Below, piece after piece: positions 1-14,541 of a stretch of 64,000 bases of DNA; the first letter of the stretch is position 1, and each line of letters opens with the position of its first letter. This DNA comes from the human T2T-CHM13v2.0 reference genome, Homo sapiens. The stretch lies in assembly GCF_009914755.1 (NCBI RefSeq), contig NC_060931.1; one strand, 5' to 3'. A program made the translations under genes and the position numbers. Below the pieces are notes generated by a model. It searched no databases. It was given only the letters and a program-made list of their open reading frames with translations, and had not been told where the DNA came from.

Positions 1-1108
1 CAACACGTAGGTTTTGTCCCAAGGAGAGAGGACCTTAGCTTCACGGGAGTAAATTTACAAGGCTGTCAGGCTTGGGATGTAATAGGCGCTGCAAGGGGTT
101 CTATGTATCAAGCGAGGTGGTCTACCTTGTTATAGAGACTGGCCACGGGGCAGCCTAAGGTGAGTTCTGACTGCCTGGGATGGAGATCTCCCATCTCACA
201 GGGAGAAACAAATGCCTTACAAATTGGTCACATCCCATTTAGATCATATTAATTTCCATCACCGACTCCCAGGGCTAACAGGCAGTATTTTTCTTCCTTT
301 TGTTTCTTCTCCCCATCCCCCAAGTGACCTCCTCTATTCTTTTCTCTTTCATCCAATAGTGTCAGCCTGACTGTTTCTAGTTTGCTCAAATTTCATTTTC
401 ATATTTAACTGTTGCGCTTGCCAGCCCCCAGATAGTTCGCATTGTAAAACCCGTGCTACACATCCCCCTTACAGCCTGCTTTCCATCAGCTTTGCTGAAA
501 TCAAGTTGCTGGATCAGTCCCGTGTGTTAGCAGGGTAATAACTTTCCTCAGCTGGACAAAATGGTGCAGAGAGAGTGTTGCTTTTTCTGCTTCAAAGGCT
601 TCAGAGATTCCTTTAACCACAAACATGAGAATAGAACGTAATGGATATACAAGAGTCCCACGATGGCAATCTCCCTGCTGGAAATGCTCATGAATTACCT
701 GTAATTTACCTCAAAATGTACCACATGTTGGACTGCAAGATGCACTTTTCCTTTTTTACTTAAATGGGCTGCTATTCAGAATCTTTTTTTTTTCCTTCGA
801 TGTGGGACTAGATGTTGAGAATAGTTTGGGGGAAAATGCCCCATAGAAGCTTCACAAATTAAAGTTTGCACAGGTTATCATGTGAGTGCTTTGTTGAAAG
901 GAAAGAAAGTGAAATTAGGTGCAATTTTCTCCTTAATACACCATCAGCCCCATAGGGCCAGGATGGGAAGATTACCAACACTTTGGGAGGGGAGAAAGCA
1001 TGAGTCACTAATTTGCCGGTTCCCTTCATGCATTTTCTGCAACGGGACAGAAATGACATGCCCTTCCATGGCTTGACTGGTGCAAGGTTGATGCACCAAT
1101 CACAAGTC

Positions 1109-1145
1109 ATGGCAAAACTGCAGTTACTTTTGCACCAACCTAATA
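1109..1145. mobile_element. MADE1/Hsmar1 mariner MITE, single arm
   Basis: atggcaaaactgcagttacttttgcaccaacctaa+ta matches the right half/TIR of MADE1; no intact left arm. Confidence 0.85.
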
Positions 1146-3379
1146 TGTAGTCAGGAGACTTGAAGAGAGCTCTGCCAACACAGAGGAAGGGTCCCACATT
1201 CTAAGGACACAGGGATCTAGGACATCTCTTTGCCTTTTGTGATGTCCTAGACAGATTTGCCATGTGCTTCCTCCTCCATGGTTACAGTGATGGCTAATGA
1301 ACGTGTATTTTTAAAGAGTATCCAAACTTTTACTTCTTCAAATGAAATCTTTTAAATGGTATCAGAACGTGGGTTTTTAATCTCTTGGAATCTGAACAGA
1401 TGCAGAAGGGGAAGCACAAACAATGGCAAACCTGATTTTCCACCTGGAGCCGTGGCCTTGTCACTAGCCAAGTCACATCTGTGCTTTTGAAGGGAAATGT
1501 CATAATATTGCTAATCAATAGGAGGAGTGACAGGCCCATTTGTCAAGAATGAGCCAGCACTGCAACTGTTGTCCTCTGCATCTTTCTCTTGGGCTTTGCA
1601 AAGGGAAGCCCAGGGAATGGACTGCTCTGTGTCTGGGGCAGCCCCCTCCTGTGCCAGGGTCAATAGAGAGCCCTCCTGGGTGAGAATTGTGAGCCGTCTT
1701 GCCAATGTTCTGCACAAGTGGGGCGGAATATGATGGCAAGGGCTACAGAAGAAACATCGAGTTTCCAAGAGTGGTGTGCAAAAGCAACCAGACACCATGC
1801 AAGAGGAAAGGGTCTCCTGTATCAGGAAGTCTATTGACCTTTCATCTGGGGAGTGCAGTTGTTCATGTGTTTCTTTTGAACTGCAGATGTTTCTTGCTGC
1901 TCTGTTGGTCAGAGGACAAGTAGGTCATTTCAAGAGAGGAGTGAAGCGAAGGGGTAGATAGGATTGGTACTCACTGACAATTTTCATCTTTGCTCTGGAG
2001 GAAAATGTAACCAGAGGGTGGAAAAGGGTGGCAGGGCAGTTTGTACACCATGCCCTGCTCCACACTAGCTCCCTGGAGCTGATATAAACCCAGATGGCAG
2101 GGACTCACCACTGCAATCAGATTGGTCATGCATGGGGCCTGGGTGTGGGCTGAGGTGACAGGACTGAAATGCCCTTTCCCATCCCACCAAAATAATTTTT
2201 AAATTAGAAAATTAATCTTAATCGACACTTGTGTCTCCAGTTTTAGTTGATCCAGAATATTGTTACAGCTTTTCATGCTTGGGGAGTTCCCCCAAGATCA
2301 GCAATTTTGTTTGACTGGTGCAAGGGGACAAAAGGTGATATTAATAAGGGAGACTTTTAAAAACAATGGTGACTTTCCTTGTCAAATTGCACTTTTCCCA
2401 TTTACTCTTCTTGCCTTTAAGGGGAGGTGATGCTTTTGAAAATGACTCTGTTGCTTAAGGTACCCCCAGTTTTTGGCATTAGAAAGCAAATAATATCCAA
2501 TTTAAGGACAGAGGTAATATTGATATTCTAGCATCAGTTACACATCTTTCAGAAAAATGTGAAAGCAAAAAATATCATGCCAATTAACGTTCCAACCCTG
2601 AGGTCAGTGAATGACTATCCAAATCAAAAAACCACTGGAAAAAAAAAACTTGATTAAAGGAAAATAATGAGCTTAAAATACTATGACACATTATCTTCAA
2701 AATAAAGCACCCTGATAATAACATTCCAGTCATGGAAATTTTGCAACTCCCCTGAAGGTACAGGTATTAAGTAATAAGACTGATACTTAAAACATACTGA
2801 AATACTCATGCAAATGGATACAGTTCTCTTCAAGGTAGTTTACGTGGCAGACAAATGCAACCCCAGGGATGCTGCCTCCGTTCTGCTGGAAATACTTTTG
2901 GAGAGTCTCTCCCTAGAATTCAGAGCCAGCAGCACAATCTCGAATAGCTTCAGTAGTGAGAAGTTCTTGTTTTTAAGGGTGATTGGATTCATTTTCCACA
3001 TCTATAAGTCATTCCAAAAGTTTGGGAGTTACACTGGGAATAAGAAATAAGTTACCATGGTTGGGGTCAACAATAGGATGTGGGTGCAGTAATAAGGCTT
3101 AGGGGACTGCCTCAGAAGATGCTCAAAGTGTAGCCTGAGCCATGATAGGTAATGGAGGTTTTGCAGAGCAGGAGGCTAGCCTTCCACGGGGGGAGCCAGT
3201 GCATGTGCAGTACCCGGTTTGGGCACCTCAGGTGCTTTTGAGTTTACTTTGTTTTATTGGGCCCTCATGACATCTTTTGAGGCAGGTGTTTTCATCCATG
3301 GAATGGCAACTTTGATTTTGTGGAACAAATTCTAAGTTTGTTCAAACAAAATCCTTATTGATTCTGATGTAATGAAAGT

Positions 3380-3580
3380 CCACAGGCTCTGGAGCAGATA
3401 CAAGTGAATGTGACTCCCAGATTTGCCACTTACAGGCTGTGTGATCCTGGATCAGTCATATAAGCTTTCTGTGTGGCTGTTTTCTCATCTGTAAAATGGG
3501 TTATGGTGGAGTACTAAGTTAAATTAGATGAAATAATACAGATAAAACACCCCGAACAATGTTGCCGTATAGCTCGCATT
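3380..3580 (+). mobile_element. MIR SINE
   Basis: ggctctggagcaga...ctgtgtgatcctgg...tttctcatctgtaaaatggg MIR core. Confidence 0.8.
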
Positions 3581-4749
3581 CTGCTTACATTATTTCCCAT
3601 CTCTGTTGCTTTCATATTTGAGGAGAAAAGCTGATATCCACAGGAAGGGATAAAATGGTGAATAATCCCAGTGTCAGCCTCACAATGACCTAGAAATGTA
3701 ATAGAAGGTACTGGACATTTATCTTAACAGTGAAGTATCAGAGGGAAGGACACTGTAGCTTGTAGAAATGGCTCTGAATGACTTTCCTTTCCCCACGTGG
3801 CTTTTCTGGCTTCATTTATTTAAGGCTGTCACTTGGTAACATTTCCTTTTACCCCCTGATCACTGCCTCACTCCTTCCCTGGCTTCTCGTTACAGAAGCT
3901 TCAGATTGCCTCGCTTTGCCTCCCGAGCAGAGAAGAATTTCCAGGCCAAAGATTTCTTTCCTGCTATGTCAGACCTGACCATGTTAAACTACAAAAGAAA
4001 ATTTCCAAGATTTGGGCTACAGAGTGGTAGGAAATGAAGACTGTTGGTCAAGGCAGAATGGATGCCAAGGGACATTCCAGTTCTTCTTCTGGCATTTTCT
4101 CCTTTGAGTTTTTGTCTTCACATTTGAAAAGCTTTCTAAATCTAATTTTCTTCTGAACTATAGAAAATGGTCAGTTAGTCTAACACAATTGAAGGTGCCT
4201 TCGGGGTGGCCCTTCTGTCTGTCTAGGCTCTCCTGGCACACAGGGCTTCCAGTGGGTGACTATTGGACAAGATGGCACTTGTGCCTCTGATAACCACAGT
4301 GTCAAATGGCTTCCTGTGATGGGGAGCAACAGTGTACATGCTGACTATAGATCTTTTCTAGAACCTGGAGGAATATTCTCAAGTGGTCGTGTGTGTGTGA
4401 CTCATCCTCTCACCTAATGGAATTCTTACCCACAGGAAAACTCTACTAATGTGTCGATACACTGCTGAGAAAACACCTCGGAATTTTCTGTGACATGTAA
4501 TCTTTCCAATAGGGAAATAAACTAAAGTTGCCAACCTTTTCCATTCACAGAACCCTCACCAAACAAGTGGTAAATATTGTATTGTCAAGCAATAGGTCAT
4601 TGGATGTAGAAAAGATATGGCTTAGGGAAAGAAATGTAGGTGATCTAATGTTCTGTGTACTTTCTAAGTTAATGAGGAAAAAAATCTCTTGGGGTTAAAG
4701 TTATATAAAAGTCGGTGGCATGATACGCTTGACAAACACATGCACATAT

Positions 4750-4850
4750 CAGCTTTGGAGTCAGATGAACCTAGATTTAAATCTCAGCACTATTTACTGT
4801 AAGACAAGTCTCAGTTTCCCTTTTTGTAATATTAGGAAACTAATGGCTAC
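4750..4850 (+). mobile_element. MIR fragment
   Basis: gctttggagtcagatgaacctagatttaaatctcagc...tctcagtttccc. Confidence 0.7.
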
Positions 4851-5662
4851 CTATAAATGGGGACCCAAGCTATCTCCATTGGGGTGTTAGGCTGTATGAA
4901 CCACCACGTTGTAATAATCATCTACTTCCCCTTAGGGTGTCCTATAAAATGTGGGAAATTGAAGAGATGATTGTATTAAAACCATGGGTGCCAATTTGCA
5001 AAGTCTGAAAGAGAAACTGTCACAGTTATAGAGTTTATTGTTACAAAATTCTTTAGAAAACTAAGTTAAAAGAAAGTGGGTTTAAACCTGCAGAACTAAC
5101 AAGAGATTTTACAAGAAGCTGCTATTATTTAGAAACATGTAGCTTGTGTAAAAAACCTTAAAAAGATGGGATCCATATTTGTTTTACTCTTAAATGGAAA
5201 GAAAATCCCTAAACTGTTTTTTACTAGAGGACTTCTAAAGAATGAAGTTGAACTGGGAAAAAAATGGGCTGGGAAGTCAGAGAAATGTGGATTTAGCCCC
5301 AGGCTATGCTCTGGCCCTTTCCATCAGGGAGACTAGGGCTTGCTGGTATTAAATTGATTCCTGGGGCTCCCTTATTGTATCCACGAAGGCTGCACCTCAA
5401 GGAGAACAAAACAGTGGCCCTAATGTCAGCTAGAGGGCTAGAGGGCTCGTTAAATGCACATCTACTTTCCTTCGGCCCAAGTTTGTTCTTATTCCAAGTC
5501 ATCTCCCAAAGTTGGATCCCATAGCTGTTCAGATGACCCCGCCTACTGCCACCAAGCAGACACCCTTCCCCAACTAGTGAGGAGGAGAGGAATAAGCGCT
5601 CGGATTTGATTTCACCCAACCACATGTCTATCCTTTCTGACTTATCAACGAGGCTGTGCCCA

Positions 5663-5838
5663 CAGTGTTCAAACTTCGCTGCACATTCTAATCACTTGGG
5701 GGGTCTTTTGAAAGTCCCAAGGCCAGGTCACTCCCCATATCAATTAAGTCAGACTTTTGGGCAACGGCAGAGACAGGATCAGTATTTGTTAAACAACCAA
5801 AGGTGATTCCAATGGGCAGCAAAATTTGGGAACCATTG
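5663..5838. mobile_element. MER5-family (MER5B-like) hAT-Charlie MITE
   Basis: cagtgttcaaactt.gctgcacatt.taatcacttgggg ... ggtgattccaatg.gcagc...tttgggaaccattg. Confidence 0.75.
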
Positions 5839-6079
5839 GACTGGGCTTTACAAACCTCAAGAGGCTTGTGAACGTATTTAAAACATCTGATACATGATTG
5901 GTGTTTAATAAATGATAGCTCCCCTTGCTATTAGTAAGAATGTTTGGTTATAGTGATAAAGACGATGATGATAATAATAACGGGAGGCCATTACACATTT
6001 GGGGCCCTTCAGTTTACTCTTGCAGCCGTTGTTTATTCTAACCCTCCCCATTCTCCCATGAGATGAACAGAAGCGTATG

Positions 6080-6210
6080 AGTACTATCTCTTCCATCTTA
6101 CAGGTGAGGAAACTGAGGCTTAGAAAGGGTAAGTGACTTTCTCAAACAGAGTGTTACCTAGAGCTGGGCCTTCTGATGCCATCTCCAGTGCTGTCCCCAC
6201 TATTCAACAC
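6080..6210 (-). mobile_element. MIR fragment
   Basis: ccatcttacaggtgaggaaactgaggcttagaaagggtaagtgact, reverse MIR core. Confidence 0.8.
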
Positions 6211-7324
6211 TGCTTCTGTGTTCAAAGAGCTTCCATCAGGTGGGGAAAAACCTATTCATTTACGTAAATGATAAGAATGCACAGTAGGCAAAACACCCCA
6301 AGTTACTAATTAGTTGAGATTATATGCAGAAAGCCAAATAGGGATCCAAACCCACTGTCAGCTTCCTAATGATGAAGCAGATTAGAGAAGGTGGCAGGGC
6401 CTGCTCCTCCCTGAACCTGGCCCATAGACCAGACACCCCTGACTTCCCTAGGCAGACAAGCAGGAAAAGCAGAGCAGATAGACAATAGACCTGGCCTTCC
6501 AGGGCCTGACTCTGCTCCATCTCTGTGCTGCATGGTCCATGTGCTGCAACTATGAGGAAGTACAAGGTGAGTCTGCCATGCCCAAATGCCAGGAATAGGT
6601 AGGTTCAAAGAATGGCAACCCTGCATCGTCCCTAGATCCATGCAGGGTAGCTAACAGTTTACCCTCTTCATTTCCACCAGTCAGATAAGTCTTTCTCCCA
6701 CCTTTGCGAGAGGGAAACTGTGAAGGTTTAGGGAGGGACTAGAAAGACTGGTTTTCATACCATTCGCTCTCTTGTGGGATGAAATAGAATTAAGTGCACA
6801 TGGCAATGGGGAGATGGGATTCTTCCTGCAGGAGATAGAATGTGAATACTGGCTATATAAATGACATCAGAAGGAGGGGCTGCAAGTGTGGAGCCACGAA
6901 AAGAGCTGTGGTCAGGGGGAGGTTCCATGAGGGTTAAGAGTTGACTGGGGTCTTGAAGAAGAAGCTGGAACTCAGCAAAGCCTTTCATGAAATATCTTTT
7001 GATTCCCTGATCCAGGTTGTCAGGAGTGGTTTTGAGAGTCATGGGGATTGGTTATAATTATCTGCTATAGCTAGTCGATTACTGAATAAGCAGGCCCAGC
7101 TGCAAATGCCTCGTTGGGGATGGCAGTGGCAGCCCAAGATCCCAGTTATGCAGCAGATGCACGGTCTCGTTGAGCCAAGCTGGCTGAACACACCTTTTGG
7201 AGAGATGCTACTTTTCATTTGCTTTTGAAATGGTGACTATAATGAATTTTGCAACTTTGAGAAAAAGAACTTATTATATCACCATATACTGGGACATCAC
7301 CATGTTACTTTAAATACAGCAACC

Positions 7325-7540
7325 ATGGGGTTCAATCCTAGCCCTGATACTTTTTAGCTATGTGATCTCAGATATGTTATATGTCTGCTCTACAACACAA
7401 TTTTTTTCCAGTAACGTGAAGGTAATAGTAGCACCTGCTTCAAAGGGTTGTTTTGAGATTTAAATGAGATAATGCATGAATATAGAATCTGGCTCCTAAT
7501 GTACAGTATGTGCTTAATTAATGTAGTCATAGTGGTTATT
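7325..7540 (+). mobile_element. MIR SINE
   Basis: ggttcaatcctagc...tagctatgtgatct...gggttgttttgagatttaaatgagataatgcatg. Confidence 0.75.
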
Positions 7541-7789
7541 ATATTACTATTACCAGGACTCTGAAATTCATCCTACTATGGAGATGCCTCTCAATGGGCT
7601 AGACTTGCCTCATGATCAAAAAACTTATCTTGCTTTGCTTTAGTCATCTTTAGACCTCAGATTTTTTTTCTTGACCTCCAGGAGATTTGTCAACTTGGAT
7701 GAGAAGCTGAAGCAGGTCTTTCCCCCTTTATTAACATTCCATCCATCTTTCAAGTTCCATTTCAAATTCCATTTGGAGAAATTAGGAAA

Positions 7790-8030
7790 CACCTTCTGGA
7801 GGAGCTGGCATTCATCTCTTCCCCTCAGCTCCCACAAGTCTTTATAATTTTATTATGGCATTTATCACATTCCATCCTGTCCTGTAGTTATAGGCCATCT
7901 ATCTCTTTCACTGCACAGTAACTTTCCTGAGAGGAAGAAGAACAATCCATTCATTTTGGAATCCCCTATAGCACAAAGCATAGTACCTGGCACAGAGTAG
8001 ATGCTCAGTAAATATTTGTTAAGTTGGAAT
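7790..8030 (+). mobile_element. L2 LINE 3' end
   Basis: agcatagtacctggcacagagtagatgctcagtaaatatttgtt, L2 terminus. Confidence 0.75.
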
Positions 8031-8444
8031 AATCACTTTTTTTAAAAAAAAAAAAAGACTGCTGTTATATAATTATTCACCATCCTATTTGCCCACTGAT
8101 TTTTCCAGCTGAGAAGGATAATTTTGGGGATAACCATGAAGCAAGCCCAAGCTCCATGAATCAAAGGTAGAATGTTCTTTATTCTTGGATGGAGATGGAA
8201 TACAGAGCAATAGAATACTACAGCAACCACAGTTAGCTGGTATTTATAAACACCAATCCTGCCATTGTACTACCATGTGACCCCAAACAAGCTCTGGGCC
8301 TCCCTGGGCCTCAGTTTCTCTATTTGTAAAATGAAAGTGAAGATCTTTCTCTTTCACTTATAAATTTTTGTGATTTCTGGCTTCTCTATTTAGATATAAA
8401 GAAGAATTTTGCTATTGTTCTTTATACTTCCTTTCTTTCAAAAC

Positions 8445-8575
8445 AGTAAGTTGAATAGGCCAGAGTTTTGGTGTCTTCCCATCACTACTATATCTCTAAA
8501 GCCTGGGACAGTATGTGGTTCATAGCAGCTGCCCTCCAAGAAATACTTGTTGAAGAAATAAATGAACAAATAAAT
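8445..8575 (+). mobile_element. L2 LINE 3' end
   Basis: gcctgggacagtatgtggttcatagcag...aaatacttgttgaagaaataaatgaa. Confidence 0.6.
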
Positions 8576-8789
8576 ACATTTAGACATGATTTAGGAATGT
8601 TGTGATATAGTGCTTACGAGTAATTATAGTCCTGGCCTCCCAAGAGTCCCCACTCCTAGAAGACACAGAAAGGCAAAATGCAGAGGAAGCAGACATGAGA
8701 AATAAGATCTGGGCTCAGCTTGATCCTTCTCTACATTATGGCATGAGCTGCACACAAAGAGTTTCTTCTAGGTTAAGTCCACCTGTACT

Positions 8790-8985
8790 AGCAAAATTCA
8801 TATATTGGGTGGGACAATTCTATATTGTATGGGAGTATCTCACACGATGCAAGACAATTAGCATCTCTGCCCGGTAAATGTCAGTACTACCCCAAGTAAT
8901 TTGTGCCAATCCCAAATCTCCTCTAAACATAAACATTTCTGAATGTCCTCTAGGAGCAGTATACACCTCCTCATTGAGAAGCACT
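8790..8985. mobile_element. MER20-like hAT MITE, degraded
   Basis: gggacaattct..ttgt...agcatctctg...aaatgtcagtact...ttgagaagcact. Confidence 0.5.
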
Positions 8986-9904
8986 CATTTATTATGATGA
9001 CTGGTTTAGCTATGGATGGAAATCATTACATGTCCTTTCATCTTCACTGCAAGAATTTGTAATTTAGATGTGAAGTAGCCTTAGTAACAACTCTGGTCCT
9101 TTGTTGAAGAATGACAAGTCAGGCAAAAATCGTGGTATTGTGGAAAGGCCTGCCCTTTCTCCAGTGTGAGGATAGAAACCCTAGCAAGAACTTGGATCCC
9201 TTTCCTCCTCCCTTTTCCTGGAGAGATAATGACCACATCAAAAATGGAGAGCTCAACTCATGGAGAGGCTGCAGGGGAATTGACATAGAAATGCCATGAA
9301 ATTGGTTTGATATTGACTTTGAAATCTGCATAACCTGTGTCCTAAAAACCTTGGTTGATATAGCGTTACTGGCCAATTGTAAGCTCACATCTTCCTGATG
9401 TTGAAGATCCTTTGTTCACCTTACCTCAGGTTTTAGTTCCAAGCTACATGGTCCCCACATCTGAGTGGGACCTGAGATGTTAGAAGTGAATGTTCCTTCC
9501 CGAGACCTAATGTTTCTTCCACGTGGAGGGAGCTTTGCTAGTGAAACACCCCTGGATAGTTCCATGGGTGAAGTTTGCAGCAGACAAATTGTCCCCATGA
9601 AAGCTGGATAATTAAATTTAATTTTGAGTAATAGTGTTTAACTCAGTGTTAGAAAGCCCACTTACCACCAGTACAGGCTCTCTCCAACATCTGCTTTAGC
9701 AATAGTTACAGTAGTATTTTAGTCTTTTTGTATGTTAGCTTTTTGTTTTATTTTGTACTTGGCTCAGAATTTGCAGGATGAGAGGGGTCCTCAAACCCCA
9801 ACACCAGATATATGGCTTGGTTCTGCAGAGATGGCATCCATAAACACTCTGAGGTTTACAAAGCTTTAGGATAGGTAATGTTACAGAATTCTACATCATC
9901 ATGG

Positions 9905-10343
9905 CAATGTGTTGGCTGAGGATACAAGTTCAGCTGCATAGTGGAGGTTTAACGAGGTTGAAGTGCAAGCTGGCTGCAAGCTCAATGATGTATGCTGGGA
10001 TCCTGGCTCCTCTGTCCTTTTGCTCCATCATCTTCAGGGAATTACTCTCATACACATGGTCCCAAGTGGCTTGCTATTTTCATTGTTTCAGCAGGCATGA
10101 AGAAGGAAGGAGAAGGGAAAATGGTGGGCTTGACCCTTTTCTTTAAGGGAACAGCATGGAAGTTGTCCATATCACCTCCATTTACATCCCATTGGGCACA
10201 AATTAGTCATACGGCCACCCTAACTGCAAAGGACTATGGAAAATGTAGTTTTTATTCTGGGAAACCATACACTCAGGATAAAATTAAATGGCTATGGAAG
10301 AAGGAGAATGGATATTGAGAGATGTGTGGTTGTTTCTGCCACA
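9905..10343 (-). mobile_element. MLT1J/K-like MaLR LTR
   Basis: acatcccattgg.cac.aattagtcat.cggccacc.taactgcaaagga...ggaaaatgtagttttt...tctgccaca terminus. Confidence 0.7.
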
Positions 10344-10559
10344 ACATCCCTGTCTTGAACTTTTGGATCAAGCCTTGAATGTACCAATAAGCCCACCAAT
10401 ATAGGGGGTCCCCTTCCCTTCCCAGAATCAAGGAGATGCCCTTGCTAACATTCCAGAGGTACTCAAGAGACTTCTGCTTGTACCCACTTTGCTCATCTTT
10501 AAGCAGTTGGGTTCGCCAGAGCTTTTAAATTACTTTCTCTTCTTTATACCATCACCCTG

Positions 10560-11745
<1,186 letters not shown>

Positions 11746-12744
11746 ACTCATCCACTGCTTAAGAAATCTATGAAATTCACTCCAAGAGAGTGAGTAGACA
11801 ATTTTTTTTTTTGTCTAAAAGTTTACTCACGTCCATATTGTGGCTGTCCTGACATAAATATATCTAGTAAATTTGCTTAGTAGAGAACCTGGATTTGAAT
11901 TCAGGTCCAAAGTCTTCCTCTCTCATTGGCATCAGTGCCTTGCTTTTTTAAATGCTAGAATGTCTTGTTAGTGCTACACAGATGCTAAAATCTTTTCTAA
12001 ACCTCAGTGATTCTTACCAAGTAATGCAAAGCGTGCTGCAGGGCTCACACAAAAGAAGAAAAATAAATAAATTTTAAAACCATCTTCCAGTACAAAAAAT
12101 ACAGACAGTCCTGACAAACATTTAAAAACATGAATTGTTGCCCAGCCTGCTCTGCACTGAGGAATCACGTATTTGTAGGTAACAGAAGAGACGATTCATG
12201 GCATGACTTCAGGGAGACCATGGTGCCTGGAACTTCCACTTGACCACAAGCATATGCAGTAAGACACGGGAACCATTAATCTGTCTTCACACCTCTTTCT
12301 CACCCAGAATGAAATTGTTTTGCCTAGCAAAAGAGTGGGCTCAGCCCAGGAGAGACACATGGGATTGTGTTTCCTGAGGAATCTGTGCTGTTATAGTGAA
12401 AAGACAGCAATAACTTGCCAAGGATTCCAAGGGAGATCAACAGACCCCTCCAGCCCCACTGTTCTGGGACCCTTAGTCATGGATGTAGTGTGATGAAATG
12501 TAATGTGTGGTGGAGAGGCTAAGGTTACTTCTACATGGTAGGAGTAGGTTTTTTTTCCTCTAACCTCGGAAATCTATAATTTTTACACTGTCACAGAACA
12601 AATGGAACTGTGACTAATGTTATACAGTTTATGGAGCTAAAGTCATATAATTTTCACAGTTGGTTCACATTTATGACAGTTAAAAGGTTTTTGTTTTACT
12701 CTGAGATTAATAGAGGGGCATGAATATTGCTTACCCACAGCCCT

Positions 12745-12905
12745 CAATGCTGTGTTTGCATTCCCAGAGAACACCTCCTCCACCCACCCATTTTACAGAG
12801 GAGGAAGCTGAGACTGCCAGCAGTCGGTGACTTGTCCAAGGTCACATAGCTGACATACAGCAGAGCAAGGATCAAAGCTAGGTCTCACAAGTCCTGGTCA
12901 CATGC
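12745..12905 (-). mobile_element. MIR SINE
   Basis: ccattttacagaggaggaagctgaga...gtgacttgtccaaggtcacatagct. Confidence 0.8.
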
Positions 12906-13419
12906 ACTTTTATTGGATGTTTAGGATTCCACATGAAAAGTGATGTGCTGCCTGATTTTCCTCTTTTTTTCAAAGGAATGGAAATATCTCTCTTCCTTCT
13001 ATGTCACCACTGAACACTTTTTGAATGGTGTTTTGAATGGTGAACACTTTTGAATGGTGTACAATTCAACACACCATTTTGAATTGTAGCCATCCAAGCA
13101 GTAGGAGGGGAGAGTGGAGAGAATCTCTGTTCACTGCATGCAGAGCTATGGTAACCCTCTGTACCTATTTCTCCAAGCCTCTGGATTTTATTTGGTGGGC
13201 TGAATTCCATCCTAGGAAAGGGCAGAAAGCTTTCAGCTTATCCTTTGAAAAATGAAACACATTTTAAAAACCTGCAAAATGTCTCAAGTTCTGACCAGGA
13301 ATAATAGGAACGTGCCCCCCCTCCCCCCGCCCCAACCAAGCCCACCTCTCACCAATCACAAAAAACTCCTTCTCTTTTCACAAAATTTTACTTTTTCTTC
13401 AAAATGTAAAAACTCCAAG

Positions 13420-13875
13420 GTGTCTGAACTCAGGTTCCCTAGAAGCAGAACCTGAGATGCTGATTCTCAAGCAATAGCTTTATCGAGAGACTTGCTCTCA
13501 GAGGAAACAGGTAAGGAAGGGCGGGATATAGCACAGAGCAGGACAGAAGAGAGGCAAAGGTGTAGGCTCAGTTGTAGTCTTGCCTCAGGCTGATCCCAGG
13601 GAAACTTGGAGTGTGGATGGTTGTGCCAGTTTGAGGAAAGTGAGTTGGGTTTTATACGATGTCCTGTCCACCAGGTTTTAGCCGTAGGGTCTGCAGGATG
13701 GTGTGGTACAGAACCTCCCTAGCATCTCTGAGCTATGCCAACCAGGTGGCCCTGGGCAATCCCCTGGAGCAGGTAAGGGTATAGCTGTCAGCTCTTATCA
13801 ACCAATTTGTACAGCAGCTGGGGGATGCGCCCACCAGTATAGGGATCTGAGTAGGCCACCAAGAACATATGCTAA
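13420..13875 (-). mobile_element. ERVL LTR, LTR16/LTR33-like
   Basis: ggttccctagaagcagaacctgagat...tttat.gagag ... ggatctgagtaggccaccaagaacatatgcta. Confidence 0.6.
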
Positions 13876-14483
13876 GCATTGCTGAATTTCAATGTCCCAG
13901 AAAAGAAAAAAAAAAAAAAACTGTAACTGCTCATAATACCACACAATGAGAAATCAGCATTGTTCACAATAAAACATCATTCACAGTTCTGTTTATCCTC
14001 TGATGGCATAAAAGACATAAACAAGACACTGAAAACAAAGAAAAACCATAAACATCTCTGATGGAGAGATTTGTTAGAACCATGCCTGATTGGGAAAATA
14101 CTTAAGTGCCTCATAGAACTAAGACATCTGGGTGAAAACTGAGGCTTCACTGTGGAGCACCCTCAGTTCTGTGATTCCCCTGGCTTCTTGCTCTCTGAGA
14201 TTCCTTTCCACAATGCTCCCAATGCCCCTGCCTTTACTTGTAACCTGGAAAAGGGCAATTTGGCTTTCAGGGCCTGAGAAGAGGAAGCAATTATTTTAGA
14301 GGAACTGATTGGGAAAACCTGTAAGAAGCCATCTTGCTTCAACAAAATCATATCCCAAGGTGGCTTTGGCTCCTTGTCAAGATAGGAAATAGAGGACACG
14401 CTTCTGCCACACTGCACCCCAAAAGATGAAGTGAACGAAGGGTTGAACATCTATGATATGTCAATAACTAAACCAGCCATCAC

Positions 14484-14504
14484 ATATATATATACATATA
14501 TATG

Positions 14505-14540
<36 letters not shown>
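14484..14540. repeat. Compound (TA)n-(GA)10 microsatellite
   Basis: Interrupted TA run 14484-14520 followed by (GA)10. Confidence 0.95.

Positions 14541-14541
<1 letters not shown>

Noticed and set aside
1073-2325. Exact 15-mer ttgactggtgcaagg at 1073 and 2311
   Set aside because: A few 15-mer matches are expected by chance in 64 kb, and there is no A-tail or endonuclease site to make these a TSD.
859-3050. Short ORFs in the unique left region
   Set aside because: No recognisable domains, many have non-ATG starts, and lengths fit random expectation.
5543-5565. CTCF-like ctgccaccaagcagaca
   Set aside because: Too many mismatches in the core to support a call.
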